Shown here in pieces: positions 52,309 through 52,612 of a DNA stretch of 52,612 nucleotides (positions are counted from its first letter, which is position 1; every line of letters begins with the position of its first letter). The DNA comes from Gonapodya sp. JEL0774 (Eukaryota). A model generated the notes under the pieces. The model worked only from the letters and a program-made list of their open reading frames with translations. It was not told the origin of the DNA and did no database searches. The position numbers and the translations under genes were made by a program. The stretch spans positions 124,001 to 176,612 of the forward strand of contig JADIIX010000036.1 in the NCBI GenBank assembly GCA_027604505.1, read 5' to 3'.

Positions 52309-52544
52309 ACATGGACCAAATTTGACTATGATTGCATAAAGTTGAAATATAGACCAAGAAGGAGAGAGATATATGATCAGATTTGAAAGCGTAGATTGGA
52401 TAGTGGGAGTATGAATGTTTCTTACAGTGTACAACGAACTTAATTTCGAGTATCCCTTCCTTCGAATGTCTCGATATCGAATGTATCATTTCGAATGTCT
52501 CCATTACAGCGAAGTGCACAGGATCACCCACATAGCAGTCTGCG

Positions 52545-52589
52545 AACCGTGGGTCATGGGTCACCAAGGGCAGGTCATGACCCACGGTT
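52545..52589. repeat. Perfect 14-bp inverted repeat with 17-nt spacer
   Basis: AACCGTGGGTCATG (52545-52558) ... CATGACCCACGGTT (52576-52589). Confidence 0.85.
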
Positions 52590-52612
52590 AATAAACATGC
52601 AGGTAACATCAC

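Noticed and set aside
52540..52612. Terminal hairpin as a SECIS element or Helitron 3' end
   Set aside because: No AUGA/GA quartet with an 11-12 bp helix and apical AA, and no CTRR a short distance after the hairpin on either strand

Overview
Eukaryotic, gene-dense (about one gene per 2.2 kb), intron-rich genomic DNA of ~52% GC with short spliceosomal introns (mostly 50-100 nt) and several micro-exons. The gene content is fungal-type and includes cilium/centriole genes (CC2D2A/MKS6, a PPP1R35-like protein) and TTC5, which points to a zoosporic, early-diverging fungus (chytrid or monoblepharid; this is inference). By splicing exons by eye I reconstructed about 24 protein-coding genes. In order: enoyl-CoA isomerase (3' end), guanine deaminase, L-rhamnose mutarotase-like, Cys-rich single-pass membrane protein, an unusually long CKS-domain protein, an F-box-like/R3H protein, bestrophin, DID2/CHMP1, peroxisomal NUDT19-like Nudix, NDUFB2, long-chain acyl-CoA synthetase, homeodomain TF, Wss1/WLM protease, ChrR-type cupin, CC2D2A, TTC5, thioredoxin-UBX fusion, intronless NADPH-FMN reductase, C2H2 TF, sterol desaturase/fatty acid hydroxylase, FAD D-lactate dehydrogenase, TAPT1/Emp65, BtuF-like binding protein, PPP1R35-like protein and a 2OG-Fe(II) dioxygenase. 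I saw no rRNA, tRNA, CRISPR or clear transposase. The most notable items are a ~491-aa CKS fusion (invisible in the ORF track) sitting head-to-head with an F-box/R3H gene, a canonical thioredoxin fused to UBX, several bacterial-like genes (HGT candidates), a 5-nt micro-exon, and frequent AAG/GAG splice acceptors. All family calls come from recognised motifs; no database searches were run.
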